From a virus: a stretch of 64,000 bases of DNA. Below the pieces are notes generated by a model. The model ran no database searches, was not told the origin of the DNA, and saw nothing but the letters and a program-made list of their open reading frames with translations. Positions 20,035-30,284 of this stretch are shown in pieces. The stretch's first letter is position 1, and every line of letters starts with the position of its first letter. A program made the translations under genes and the position numbers. The stretch spans positions 1,227-65,226 of IMG/VR virus record IMGVR_UViG_3300017447_000001, one strand, 5' to 3'.

Positions 20035-20958
20035 ATGAGCTTTCAAACAATACAGGGTATTCCGGTTCAAATAAATCTGGTTGCCAATTCGAAAACAAGA
20101 GGCTGGACAATATCAGGCAATAAGGCTATACATGATAGTTGTAATGCTGGAACTATAGATTTGCTGGATTATGGTTTCATTAATGGCAAAACCTACAATA
20201 TCACTTTCTTTATAGAGAGCATATCTAACGGATATGTGCAGGTATTTATAGGTGACACGGGTGGTGAACAATATACAACGGCGGGGTTCAAACAGGAGCA
20301 GATAATCGCCTCTGGTGACGTTCCTAAAATAACTGTTTATTCAGACGCCAACTGTGTTATACTACCTTTAACTGTCCAGGATATTGCCACAGATGATGCG
20401 CTTAAACAAAAGAATAGTATAGCGTACAACAATAGGGAAAAGAAGTGGACGGATTACCGGACTTACGTACCAGATTGCGGGGCATCTATGTTTACTAATA
20501 CTTACACGCTAAAGGGCGGCAGGTTATACGCACATAGGCATGGTAGCGAGAGCAGGAATAACTTTGCAGGGGTACAGTACAAAAGCATAATCAAGCTTCC
20601 TTTCAACCAGGCAGCATCTGCAATTAAATCTTTCAAGTCAATATCTGTACAGTCAAATCAATTAATGGTAGTCGAAGAGGGAGGTATAACAACCTCTCTG
20701 GGGCAGGTATCGGAACTGGCCGATATAGATTGGTTAAAAGATACATTATCGGATGGCGTACAAAGCGTGGAGGTTTACAGTAGAGAGGGTGTGTACGCAG
20801 CTTCGTTCTTGCGCGATGCTAATGACGACTTGATTAATGGCGCACCCTTAAAGGGCAACTATCTTGTTGTAGAATTGCAAACTACTGTTGATGGTGACCA
20901 GTTGGAATTATTCACCGTACAGGTAGTTACCACAGCTTCTAAAATAGGGAGCAGATAA
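20035..20958 (+). CDS. Probable C-terminal part of the muzzle protein (separate ORF)
   Basis: IAYNNREKKWTDYRTYVP...RNNFAG...KSFKSISVQS...REGVYAA...LKGNY resembles the usual nozzle C-terminus. Confidence 0.55.
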   Translation: MSFQTIQGIPVQINLVANSKTRGWTISGNKAIHDSCNAGTIDLLDYGFINGKTYNITFFIESISNGYVQVFIGDTGGEQYTTAGFKQEQIIASGDVPKITVYSDANCVILPLTVQDIATDDALKQKNSIAYNNREKKWTDYRTYVPDCGASMFTNTYTLKGGRLYAHRHGSESRNNFAGVQYKSIIKLPFNQAASAIKSFKSISVQSNQLMVVEEGGITTSLGQVSELADIDWLKDTLSDGVQSVEVYSREGVYAASFLRDANDDLINGAPLKGNYLVVELQTTVDGDQLELFTVQVVTTASKIGSR

Positions 20959-21007
20959 AAACACAATTAACTCTATATTTGATTATTAAAACAAAAGGAG
21001 AAAAGAA

Positions 21008-21730
21008 ATGCCACTACCATTATTAGCCGCCGCTGCCATTCCTTCCGTTGTGAAGGGCATCAGTGGCGCATTTCAGATGTTCAAAGGAAACAAGTTGGCG
21101 AAAAACAACACCCGCCCCACCTACGAGATACCACAAGAGTTTAAAGATAACTTAGCGATGGCGGAGAACATGGCACAAGTGGGCCTGCCACAGCAACAGT
21201 ACAACACTTCGTTAAACAATATCAACCGCAATCAAGCCGGTGCTTTGGGTGTACTTTCTCGTTCGGCAAACGCTGGCGCTGGCCTTGCGGGGTTATTACG
21301 CCAGACCAATAGTGCAACCATGAACTTAGATGCACAAGACGCCAGCGCAAGGTTAAATAACCAGAGGTTTGCTATGGGTCAGAGAGGGGTGCTGGGACAA
21401 CAACAGTTAGCCAAGCAGAGCTGGGATAAAATGCAGAGGTATCAGGAGAACGCTAATGCAGCAGCGGCGCTCAAAGGAGCTGGTATGCAGAATGCTTTTG
21501 GTGCCTTGGATGGTTTAGCTCAACTGGGCATTTTAAACGCCACAGGACAGCCACAAAATAACACATCTGTTGCTACTACTGATAATGGTTTATCTCCGCT
21601 TACACAGGCTGCTTTGTCGGTACAACAGAAAGGTATACCTAACAGGATGACTTTCGGAATGCAACCTCAGTTTAATTTTGGCGCTCAATGGGGCCTACCT
21701 AATGTAAATGGATATGGCAGAAGGTTATAA
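21008..21730 (+). CDS. Internal virion / ejection protein
   Basis: Ala/Gly/Gln-rich, hydrophobic N-terminus; TATATTTG element at 20974-20981. Confidence 0.65.
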   Translation: MPLPLLAAAAIPSVVKGISGAFQMFKGNKLAKNNTRPTYEIPQEFKDNLAMAENMAQVGLPQQQYNTSLNNINRNQAGALGVLSRSANAGAGLAGLLRQTNSATMNLDAQDASARLNNQRFAMGQRGVLGQQQLAKQSWDKMQRYQENANAAAALKGAGMQNAFGALDGLAQLGILNATGQPQNNTSVATTDNGLSPLTQAALSVQQKGIPNRMTFGMQPQFNFGAQWGLPNVNGYGRRL

Positions 21731-23108
21731 TAGTTCAAGAGGTATTGGTACAGGTGAAGCCCAAGTGTTCAACACCGGCAATACAATCAACTTGTACGCG
21801 CGTCAATTGCAGATGCAACAATCCAAGCGCGCCGCGGAGGAACAGTCGTTGGCTAACGAGCTGCAAACAGTCAAGATAGATGGCGTACGAGAGCCTGACA
21901 GAGAAGATTTTTTCAAACAATACCAAGGGCTTAAAGATATAGCTGCTAAGATACCGTATGAGCGTGATAACTTCGCCAGAGCGCAGTTAAAGGCTGAGGT
22001 GAATAAGAAGTTGCTTGAATTGAATGACTTCGCCCAGCGGTCTAAAACTTACGGGAAACAGTACACTGACTTTCAGGGCAAGCTATTAGATAGTCGTTTG
22101 CGTGACCAGTTCAAAGATGACGCGGTTGAAGCAGTACAACTATCTAACAAACTACCAATGCGTGACCAAAGGTTTATCAAAGACTTCACAGGGCTTGCAA
22201 GACAAGTAGACGCTGAGAAGATAGATAAAACGCTTTCAGGTATTGACGCTACGTTATTAAAGAAGTCACAGTGGGGTAATCCAGTACAAACCAGAGGCGC
22301 ACAGGGAGACAAGAATGGTTTGATGGTATACAACAAGAGAGAAGTAGCACCAGCAGAACAAATGGCTGCTTATGCAAACATCTACGATACCGAACCGAAT
22401 TTTAGAAAGTATCTTCAAGATCAGTATCCCGATGTGTTCTTGAACAATGATAGTAAAACAGCCAAAGCGCTAGCTATAAAAGATTATGCTGATAAGAGAC
22501 GCGCCACAGGAACGTTATCAGAAAGCACAGCGCCGCAGTTTAAGCCAAACTACAAGCCTGAGAATTGGAAAGAGAAGATGATGTTTGCTGAAATGCTGAG
22601 GCGTAGTAGGCCAGACAAAGCTAAGGATTTACAGGATGACGGTAGAGACGAGTTTGTTCAGGCGCTGGCTAATCAGGACACTGATGCAAGAGCAGAGCTT
22701 GTAAGAGCTGTAAATCGTTCTGGCGGTCACTTTGTACCATCCAAGTCTGGGTTCACAGTGACGATACCAAGAAAAACCACAGAAATGGTTGATGACGGTA
22801 GCGGAAATATGGTTTCTAAAACAGTAATGGCTAACAAAACTTATACTATACCTAAAGATGTATCGGAGGGAACTATGCAAACTATTAACGGACTGTTGAA
22901 TGAGACAGACCTGTTTGCTAAACGTCCGTTGTATAAGAAAAAAGAAAACCAGTATGTTGGGCAGAATAGGCAATCAGCATCGACACAGCCTTCTACCGCC
23001 AAGTCTACAGCGGTACAAAGTTTTGAGGTCGATGGAAGGATGTTCCAGATACCAGCAGACAAGGTGGGAAGCTTTCTTAAATCATTCCCGAAAGCAAAAA
23101 AGAAATAA
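21708..23108 (+). CDS. Internal virion / ejection protein
   Basis: 466 aa helical protein in the ejection cluster. Confidence 0.55.
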   Translation: MDMAEGYNSSRGIGTGEAQVFNTGNTINLYARQLQMQQSKRAAEEQSLANELQTVKIDGVREPDREDFFKQYQGLKDIAAKIPYERDNFARAQLKAEVNKKLLELNDFAQRSKTYGKQYTDFQGKLLDSRLRDQFKDDAVEAVQLSNKLPMRDQRFIKDFTGLARQVDAEKIDKTLSGIDATLLKKSQWGNPVQTRGAQGDKNGLMVYNKREVAPAEQMAAYANIYDTEPNFRKYLQDQYPDVFLNNDSKTAKALAIKDYADKRRATGTLSESTAPQFKPNYKPENWKEKMMFAEMLRRSRPDKAKDLQDDGRDEFVQALANQDTDARAELVRAVNRSGGHFVPSKSGFTVTIPRKTTEMVDDGSGNMVSKTVMANKTYTIPKDVSEGTMQTINGLLNETDLFAKRPLYKKKENQYVGQNRQSASTQPSTAKSTAVQSFEVDGRMFQIPADKVGSFLKSFPKAKKK

Positions 23109-23127
23109 GTTCACAATTTTAATACGG

Positions 23128-23156
23128 GCGGCACATGAAAATGGAGCCGCTTTTTT
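23128..23156 (+). terminator. Intrinsic terminator
   Basis: GCGGC/GCCGC stem plus T6. Confidence 0.6.
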
Positions 23157-23182
23157 GTTTATAACAATTATTACCTTTGATT

Positions 23183-26100
23183 ATGGCACAACAAGAAGAA
23201 GATTGGAGTAAATACGAGGTTAAACAACCCGAGGCACCACAGACCGAAGACTGGTCGCAATACGAAGTACCAAAAAAAGCATTGCCACCCGCCTCAAAGA
23301 ATGGTTCAGGGATATCAGCAGGTGGCTCAAAGAGTTACCCAAATTCCCTGACAAGTTTTAGTCAGCCGATAAATCAATCGCTGGACTATGCGCCACTGAC
23401 AACCCCTGCAAGACAAGTACAACTGGAAAAAGACACAGAGATACGTCAGGCACAGCAGGTGGAGAAACAGCGTATTTCTAATCAGCTTAAAAACATCTAT
23501 AAGGGATTAAGCCCTGAAGCGAAAGGCAAGTGGGACAAGGCTGTAGAGATAACTGCTTATTCACAGGCGCATCCTGACAAGCTATCAGAACCAACCGAGG
23601 AAGAAGTTAAACATGACCAGTTCATGCAGACGGTTCCAGGAAAGATATTAGGCACAGTGGCTTACTTGGGTTCCAAAGCTACCAAGGGAACATTACAGAT
23701 TGCCAAGGGTGCTGCATGGCTTGCTGACAATACGGTTGGTGCTGGAAGTGATAAAAGAGTTGTAGATGAGGTAAACAAGTTAGACCAGTACAGTGACGTT
23801 GGTTTGAACAAGCGCGACATCGCAAGTATTGAAGATGGTAAAGGCGGACATTTATTACAAGCCGTAGGTGGCGTAACAGAGTTCTTGCCTGCTATTTATA
23901 CAGGAGGGATAACTAATAAGGCTGCTACATTCGCCCTACAGGGATTTGGGCAGATGAACGAGGTGGTTGATAGGGCTGAGAAGAGTAGTGGAACTAAATT
24001 GAAGCCATGGGTACGTAATACGCTTATTGCAGGCGGTGGTGCTGTTAACGCAGTGCTGATGGGTGATGTGGCAAGTATCTTCGGAAAGCTACCAGCGGGT
24101 CTTAGGGGCGATATAACAGCACGTATCACAGCGGATGCACTAAAGGAAGCTGCGGGTAAGGAATTAACAGGAGAAGCGTTCAGGGGCTTGCTAGAAGCAG
24201 GCGCTAAGACGTGGGAAGATAAGGTTGCAAGGTTTGGATTGGATGCTGTTAAAGGCACCGCTAAGGCCGCTATAGATTTGTCTGCGTTAAATACCTCGCA
24301 GTTTGTATTGAAGAAAGCAGCAGACGAGCAGAATGGCACTCCTGTGTTCAATGAGAATTTAGGTGACTTGGCGCAAAGCGTTTCCGATGTGGTGATTAAA
24401 CAAGCGCCATTATTCGGACTAGCGGGTGTAGCGGGTGATATTGGAAAATTAACCCCATATTCGTCTTATAAGAATGCTGCGGTTGAGTCTTTGATGGCTG
24501 ACCCATCGGAAGCTAACGTGGCTAAAATCCACGAACAATTGGCGGATTATGGAACTAAGAACGGTTGGACGCCAGAGGAAACACAAGCCACCAATGAGCA
24601 GGTGTCAGAAATCGCATCCATAGCCAAAAGATTACCTCGAGATATAAAGTCAAATAAACTCGTAGAGGCCGTTGATTTGATTAAAGGTAGAGATGAGTTA
24701 CTGGCAAGGAGAAACGCTGTTACAGAGGCTAAAAATGGCATTGACGAAGCAGTGAGGGATATACCCACCAGAGAAGAGGCGCTACTTGATGCCAAGATTG
24801 AACAGGCTAACGATAAATTGCAGGGTATAGTTGGCGGAGCACGTTTAACTTATGGTTTTGATAAAGAAACAGGTAAGTACTACAAAAACATTGATGGCAA
24901 ACCCACAGAGATTACTAAGGAGCGTTATGACCTTGAACGATTGGAGAGAGATGCAAGGCAACAGCTAAACCAAGATACCGAAGTGCTAGTGGAATCTCCA
25001 TCAACAGAAGTACCAAGCGAAACCACTACCCTGCGTAATGCAGATGTTGAGGCCAAAAGAAAAGAGTATGGGTTTGACGAACCCGCCGAGCGTACGGTTA
25101 AACCAAATGAAGAACTTGTTAAAGAGGCGGATGCTGAAATAGCTAAAGGTTACGATGCTCATGAACTAATGGATAAGGTTATCAACGATAAGCATGTTCC
25201 CACCGATGTGGAGAGTGTGGTGATAGCTAAATTTCAGGGTGCCAAAGAATCTCAATTGATTGATGTTAATGACCGTATAGAAAAAGAATCCGCCACGGCC
25301 AATCCTGATGCTTTTGAACGGCTGGTTAAAGAACGTGATGCAGTACTGGACGACCTGCAACGTTCTTATAATGCATCAGAAGCAGGTGGTACAGCGGCGG
25401 GTCGCGCTTTACAAGCCAGAAAGGTAGCTATCGTAAGAGACTATTCATTGGCGAACCTGTTAATCAGGAAGCGTTCAGCCAATGGTGGCAATCCTTTGAC
25501 GCAGGAACAAATTAACGAAACTACAGCCAAGTACAATGATTTGAAGACCAAGACAGATGCCTATGAGGCCAAGATTAAAGAGTTAGAATCCAAAAATGAA
25601 AGCTTATTATCCGAGCAAGCCACGGCTAGGTTAAAAAAGCTACAAGAACGTACAGTTAAACGCCAAACTAAGGTTGAAGACTTGGATAAAGATATTGAGG
25701 CTTCAAAGACCGCTCTTAAAAAGATTGTTCGGAAATCATTAGGTAACCTTAGCGCCAACCCGTTACCGTTAGAGTTTGCTGTAGAACTTGGCAATTTAGT
25801 TAAGCTTTATGCTCAGAAAGGTATAGTTAACCTCACAGAAGTAGTAGATAATATCTACAATGACTTTAAGAACGATATAGATGGTTTAGAACGCGCCGAT
25901 ATATTAGAGGCGATAGGTAACATCCCCGAAGAAAATAATGCCTCTAAAGACCCATTGGGTGCTGTTAAGTCAAGAATGCAAAGGTCTACCAGGGATGTTG
26001 AAGAAAGAACAGCAAACAGGGACTTTAGCAAAAAGCCAAGAGTAAAAATTAAACTGGATGAGGAAGGGTTAAGGTTAAGGGATGCCTTAGAGGAGGCAAG

Positions 26101-27337
26101 GCGTAATTACGAAATTGAAAGCTATAAAGAACAGTTAAGAAATAGAACTCCAGGAAAGAAATGGTTAGATAGAGCTACAGAAGTAATTAATACACCAAGG
26201 GCCTTGCTTGCCTCTACAGATTTCTCTGCACCTCTAAGACAGGGTTTAGTTCTATCGGTTTCGCACCCTATTAAAGCAGCACAAGCTTTTGCTCACATGT
26301 TCAAAGTTGCATGGAGTGAGAATACATTCGACAGATGGTTTTACGATTTAAAAGAAGCGCCTGATTATGAAAAGATGAAAGAATCCAAGCTATACATATC
26401 TGATCCGAATGCTCCTGAATTAGCTGCAAGAGAAGAGGATTTTATGAATAACCTCGCAGAAAAGATACCGTTCTTGGGACGTTCCATAAAAATACCTTAC
26501 ACAGACCGTAGAATAGGGGGTTTAGTTAAAGGTTCAGAAAGAGCTTATGTTGGATACTTAAATAAATTAAGAGTAGATATATTCAGGCAAGCATCAGAGT
26601 TGTTTGAGCAGGACGGTTTAACCATGGAGAACAGCCCTGAAACATACAAAGGACTAGCTAAGTGGATTAACAATGCGACAGGAAGGGGCGACTTTAAGAA
26701 TGAGAACCTAGCTCAATCTTTAAATTTGGTCATGTTTTCTCCACGCCTAATGGCAGCGCGTATTAACTTGTTAAATATACTCTGGTATAAAAAACTACCT
26801 CCCCCAGTAAAAAAAATGGCAATTGCTGACATGGGCAAAATGTTAGCACTGGGAACGACCGTATTAGCATTGGCGAAATTAAATGGACTGCAAACCGAAG
26901 CTGATCCAAGGAGTTCAGATTTTGGTAAAATACGAAGTGGGAAAAGGAGATGGGATATTTGGGGGGGCTTCTCACAGTATGTAAGGTTTATAGCGCAAGA
27001 ACTAAGTGGAGAAACTAAATCAACCACTACTGGCAAAATATCTAAACTGGGTGGTAAGAAGTTTGGAGCGAGAACAAGGGCCGGTGTTGCGGTTACTTTT
27101 TTTAGGAATAAGCTTGCGCCTATTCCAGCGGTAATGGTGAACGCGCTAGATGAGAAAGACGCCATGGGAAAACCATTTAAAGCCGAAGATGCCTTCTGGC
27201 GCAATGTTGTACCTTTAACCTTGCAAGATACGTGGGAAGCGTTTAGAGATGAGGGAATGTCTGGAGCCTTCAAAGTAGGGCTTCCAACAACGTTTGGTGT
27301 CGGTGTGCAGACTTATGACAGCAAAGGAAAGAAGTAG
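23183..27337 (+). CDS. Large internal virion / ejection protein
   Basis: 1384 aa, Ala/Gly-rich membrane-like segment and coiled coils; duplicated EDWSxYEV at N-terminus; TACCTTTG element at 23172-23179. Confidence 0.65.
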   Translation: MAQQEEDWSKYEVKQPEAPQTEDWSQYEVPKKALPPASKNGSGISAGGSKSYPNSLTSFSQPINQSLDYAPLTTPARQVQLEKDTEIRQAQQVEKQRISNQLKNIYKGLSPEAKGKWDKAVEITAYSQAHPDKLSEPTEEEVKHDQFMQTVPGKILGTVAYLGSKATKGTLQIAKGAAWLADNTVGAGSDKRVVDEVNKLDQYSDVGLNKRDIASIEDGKGGHLLQAVGGVTEFLPAIYTGGITNKAATFALQGFGQMNEVVDRAEKSSGTKLKPWVRNTLIAGGGAVNAVLMGDVASIFGKLPAGLRGDITARITADALKEAAGKELTGEAFRGLLEAGAKTWEDKVARFGLDAVKGTAKAAIDLSALNTSQFVLKKAADEQNGTPVFNENLGDLAQSVSDVVIKQAPLFGLAGVAGDIGKLTPYSSYKNAAVESLMADPSEANVAKIHEQLADYGTKNGWTPEETQATNEQVSEIASIAKRLPRDIKSNKLVEAVDLIKGRDELLARRNAVTEAKNGIDEAVRDIPTREEALLDAKIEQANDKLQGIVGGARLTYGFDKETGKYYKNIDGKPTEITKERYDLERLERDARQQLNQDTEVLVESPSTEVPSETTTLRNADVEAKRKEYGFDEPAERTVKPNEELVKEADAEIAKGYDAHELMDKVINDKHVPTDVESVVIAKFQGAKESQLIDVNDRIEKESATANPDAFERLVKERDAVLDDLQRSYNASEAGGTAAGRALQARKVAIVRDYSLANLLIRKRSANGGNPLTQEQINETTAKYNDLKTKTDAYEAKIKELESKNESLLSEQATARLKKLQERTVKRQTKVEDLDKDIEASKTALKKIVRKSLGNLSANPLPLEFAVELGNLVKLYAQKGIVNLTEVVDNIYNDFKNDIDGLERADILEAIGNIPEENNASKDPLGAVKSRMQRSTRDVEERTANRDFSKKPRVKIKLDEEGLRLRDALEEARRNYEIESYKEQLRNRTPGKKWLDRATEVINTPRALLASTDFSAPLRQGLVLSVSHPIKAAQAFAHMFKVAWSENTFDRWFYDLKEAPDYEKMKESKLYISDPNAPELAAREEDFMNNLAEKIPFLGRSIKIPYTDRRIGGLVKGSERAYVGYLNKLRVDIFRQASELFEQDGLTMENSPETYKGLAKWINNATGRGDFKNENLAQSLNLVMFSPRLMAARINLLNILWYKKLPPPVKKMAIADMGKMLALGTTVLALAKLNGLQTEADPRSSDFGKIRSGKRRWDIWGGFSQYVRFIAQELSGETKSTTTGKISKLGGKKFGARTRAGVAVTFFRNKLAPIPAVMVNALDEKDAMGKPFKAEDAFWRNVVPLTLQDTWEAFRDEGMSGAFKVGLPTTFGVGVQTYDSKGKK

Positions 27338-27377
27338 CCCTACAAGCCTTAAAAAGCACCTTAAATTAGACAATAGT

Positions 27378-27409
27378 AGGCCCCGACAGTGTTCGGGGTT
27401 TATTTTTTT
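27378..27409 (+). terminator. Intrinsic terminator
   Basis: GGCCCCGA/TCGGGGTT stem plus T-rich tail. Confidence 0.7.
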
Positions 27410-27451
27410 AAACAATTATTCCAAAACATCTATCTTTACTAAAAAAACACT

Positions 27452-28054
27452 ATGCCAACATTCACTCCCTCGGGGACATTGGTACAATCAACGAACGCGA
27501 AGTATATCACCTTTACTGATACGAGCGTTAGCCCCCCAGCCAATCTTTACACCCGCAAGCTGTTGATTGCTGACGGGAGAAACAACTTCATTAAAACCGT
27601 AACCATCCCCGATGGCTCTCCTTCTGTCTCTTTTACCATAGATAAGGACGCCTATCTGAACATTACTCTATTGTGGGTGGATGAGGATAGCAACGAATAC
27701 AGAACCACGTTCGGTCAGATGTCCTTGCAGTTCTTTGCTTTGGCCTTGTTATACAACTACGAGCATCCGAAGTGCGGTACACGCCGTTCATGTGATGATG
27801 ATTTATTCAAGGCTATACTGTGTAAAGACACTGCTGTAACGTACTTTGAGCAAGGACAGGCAGAAGATGCCCAAGAGGCCATTGAGGCCGCTACATTGCT
27901 TATAAAAGCTGCTCCTGAGGGGTACGGTGACACGATAAGTAAAACCATCCCTGTGGTACACGAGATTGAGCCAGAGGTATACGACAGAAGGAATCCAGTA
28001 ATTACTATACAAGACAACCCAATATATATCAACGGTAAAATTTTAACACTCTAA
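27452..28054 (+). CDS. Virion structural protein (fibre hub-like)
   Basis: Beta-rich N-half and helical C-half; first gene of the fibre cluster. Confidence 0.45.
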   Translation: MPTFTPSGTLVQSTNAKYITFTDTSVSPPANLYTRKLLIADGRNNFIKTVTIPDGSPSVSFTIDKDAYLNITLLWVDEDSNEYRTTFGQMSLQFFALALLYNYEHPKCGTRRSCDDDLFKAILCKDTAVTYFEQGQAEDAQEAIEAATLLIKAAPEGYGDTISKTIPVVHEIEPEVYDRRNPVITIQDNPIYINGKILTL

Positions 28055-28058
28055 AGAA

Positions 28059-30275
28059 ATGAACATAGTACCTAACAATTCTAATTATTATCCGCCCGTT
28101 CCCAAGACAGACGCCACAGATGCTCAGAGCTTGGGTGGGGATTACAATCGTAGCGATCTTCAAGTATTGGGTTTGCTTGGTAAGCCAGGGGAAGAAAAGC
28201 TGGTAAAGCTATACGCTATGAACTTCAATCCCGACAATATGCGTATTGTAGATGACATCAAGCAGTTCGCACCATTGGAGGGGTCTCTTTGGAACGTAGC
28301 GGAACTACCAAACGCTGTGCGTGACTTGGTTAATCCTATTGAGTATATCAATACAGAAGGCGCTGTAGAGAATTACATATTCCAGTTGTTTGTACGTCAG
28401 CCCGTAGCGGGTTTTAAAAGGCTTGTGCTAGATGGAAAAGAAGTAGAACTAGCTGATTTCGGAGATACGTTAATAGTGGGTCGTTACATTGCGGGTGGTT
28501 TAGACCTACACACCGACCCTTCTGTTCAAGCGCTTAAACCCCGTATAATTGACCAGTCTTTTAGCCAATCAGTATTAGAGGGTACAGAGGCTAATATTTT
28601 TGGAAAGTTCTTAAATGCTACCTCTTATGAGGTTTTATTCAATGACGAAACCAACGTTATCAGTACTCTTCCTGCGGCAAGGGTTAAAGTAACAGAAGGT
28701 GCAGGCGTCCCTGCTAATAAAACATCAGGCGTGTATTTCGTTAAGGGGAAGAACTTGTATGGTGAAACGTTAAGCGATGCTATCTTTATTACTGTGGGTG
28801 AGCCAGAGGCCGTATACGTGACTTCCAGCCCTAGTGGTGGTACTTATGACCCCAATACTTCTGTAACATTAGAAGCAGAGTTTGGCGGCACACCAGCACC
28901 GTATAAAACAGAGGTGCGTAGTGGTGATCCTGCTGGCACATCTCAGGCACTAAAGACATTGCCAGGAGGCACTAAAGCTGTTTATACGTTTGTAGCTACC
29001 GAGGAAGAGTTACCTATATTCTTCAGGGCGTATAACAAAATACCTGTAACCACTACTGTTCCTGGACAGAACGGTGATCCCGATACCACCACCACAGAAA
29101 TGGTAGAACAGCAGGCAGACAGCGATGTTGCGGTTGTTAAGGTTCAAAAACTGGCTCAAGACCCACCAAAGAACGGTGTAGTAGATGATACGAACAATAC
29201 CTATAAATGGACAGATGCTACGGGTAAGGTTCCGACAGACGCAGAATACGCTTTTAACGGTGGTGCTTATAGTGATGTGACTACTTATCCTTTGCCTGTA
29301 GGTGATATTAACCTTGCTGCTGGAGCATTGTCGGTTAGATACAAACAAACCACTACACACAGCGCCTCTACAGCCATAACCAACGCATTGCCTTATGAGG
29401 GATCGTTAATATCCCCACCAACCAACCTGACTTTTACAGATGAAAACCCTGACGATATATCTACCGCCGTTATTGGATGGACAAAATCACCTGATACGTT
29501 AAGCCCGTCAACTCAGGAATATAGTATCAATTATAGTGGTGCTAAGACATGGACTGGTATTGCAGATAATAAACTGGTGATTAATCAGAATATAGCTGCT
29601 GGAGATTTTGCGGTGCGTGAACAAGCTCGTACAGGAAAGCCAGCTTCCGCTGCTTTGGTAAATACAGGACAACCATTCGTCACCAAGTTTAACAGCAACT
29701 TTGTGTTTACTGGCGGCAATGACTTAAAGTCTATTGCAGGAGCTAATACAGTATATGCGGATGATGTCAACCAGATAAACGTAACGGATGGTAAATACAG
29801 TATCATTCAGATATTGGCCGGTGACAATGTTAATTTAGCTTACTATACTATATTCCAGATTAACACCAACTTTGGTGACAACCGTATAACAGTTAAGTCG
29901 TACGATGATAACGGAACAGGTAATACCGCCAATCAAATTAATGTTGCCGATTCTCCTATATCGGGTGTTAAGTGGAGACAAATCAAAGGAAAAGCTGGAA
30001 ATGGAACATCTGGAAGTGGTTTAAGGAATTTTATCAGTGTTGACACTAACGGCAGTACTGATACCTTTGTTGACTTTGAAAGCCCGTTCCCATCAAGTAT
30101 TAAGAATGGTGATAAAATACGTGTAAAAGCGGCACTTAAAAACTTCTCAGGCGCTCAACAAGACTTTACAGTAACCAATGTCTTTGTGAACGCGGATAAT
30201 ATCCGTGTAGTTGAAGTGAGTGGCGGGTTGAGCAGGAAATTAATCGGTGGTGTTTGGAGTTTAATCGTATCATAA
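28059..30275 (+). CDS. Tail fibre/spike protein with Ig-like repeats
   Basis: 738 aa, Thr/Gly/Asn-rich beta modules; two related repeats (WTDATG..EYAFNGG / WTKSPD..EYSINYSG). Confidence 0.6.
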   Translation: MNIVPNNSNYYPPVPKTDATDAQSLGGDYNRSDLQVLGLLGKPGEEKLVKLYAMNFNPDNMRIVDDIKQFAPLEGSLWNVAELPNAVRDLVNPIEYINTEGAVENYIFQLFVRQPVAGFKRLVLDGKEVELADFGDTLIVGRYIAGGLDLHTDPSVQALKPRIIDQSFSQSVLEGTEANIFGKFLNATSYEVLFNDETNVISTLPAARVKVTEGAGVPANKTSGVYFVKGKNLYGETLSDAIFITVGEPEAVYVTSSPSGGTYDPNTSVTLEAEFGGTPAPYKTEVRSGDPAGTSQALKTLPGGTKAVYTFVATEEELPIFFRAYNKIPVTTTVPGQNGDPDTTTTEMVEQQADSDVAVVKVQKLAQDPPKNGVVDDTNNTYKWTDATGKVPTDAEYAFNGGAYSDVTTYPLPVGDINLAAGALSVRYKQTTTHSASTAITNALPYEGSLISPPTNLTFTDENPDDISTAVIGWTKSPDTLSPSTQEYSINYSGAKTWTGIADNKLVINQNIAAGDFAVREQARTGKPASAALVNTGQPFVTKFNSNFVFTGGNDLKSIAGANTVYADDVNQINVTDGKYSIIQILAGDNVNLAYYTIFQINTNFGDNRITVKSYDDNGTGNTANQINVADSPISGVKWRQIKGKAGNGTSGSGLRNFISVDTNGSTDTFVDFESPFPSSIKNGDKIRVKAALKNFSGAQQDFTVTNVFVNADNIRVVEVSGGLSRKLIGGVWSLIVS

Positions 30276-30284
30276 ATCGTAGCT

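Noticed and set aside
25858-25890. NDFKNDIDGLE in the large ejection protein as an RNA polymerase catalytic motif
   Set aside because: It does not form DxDxD and lies in a helical coiled-coil context
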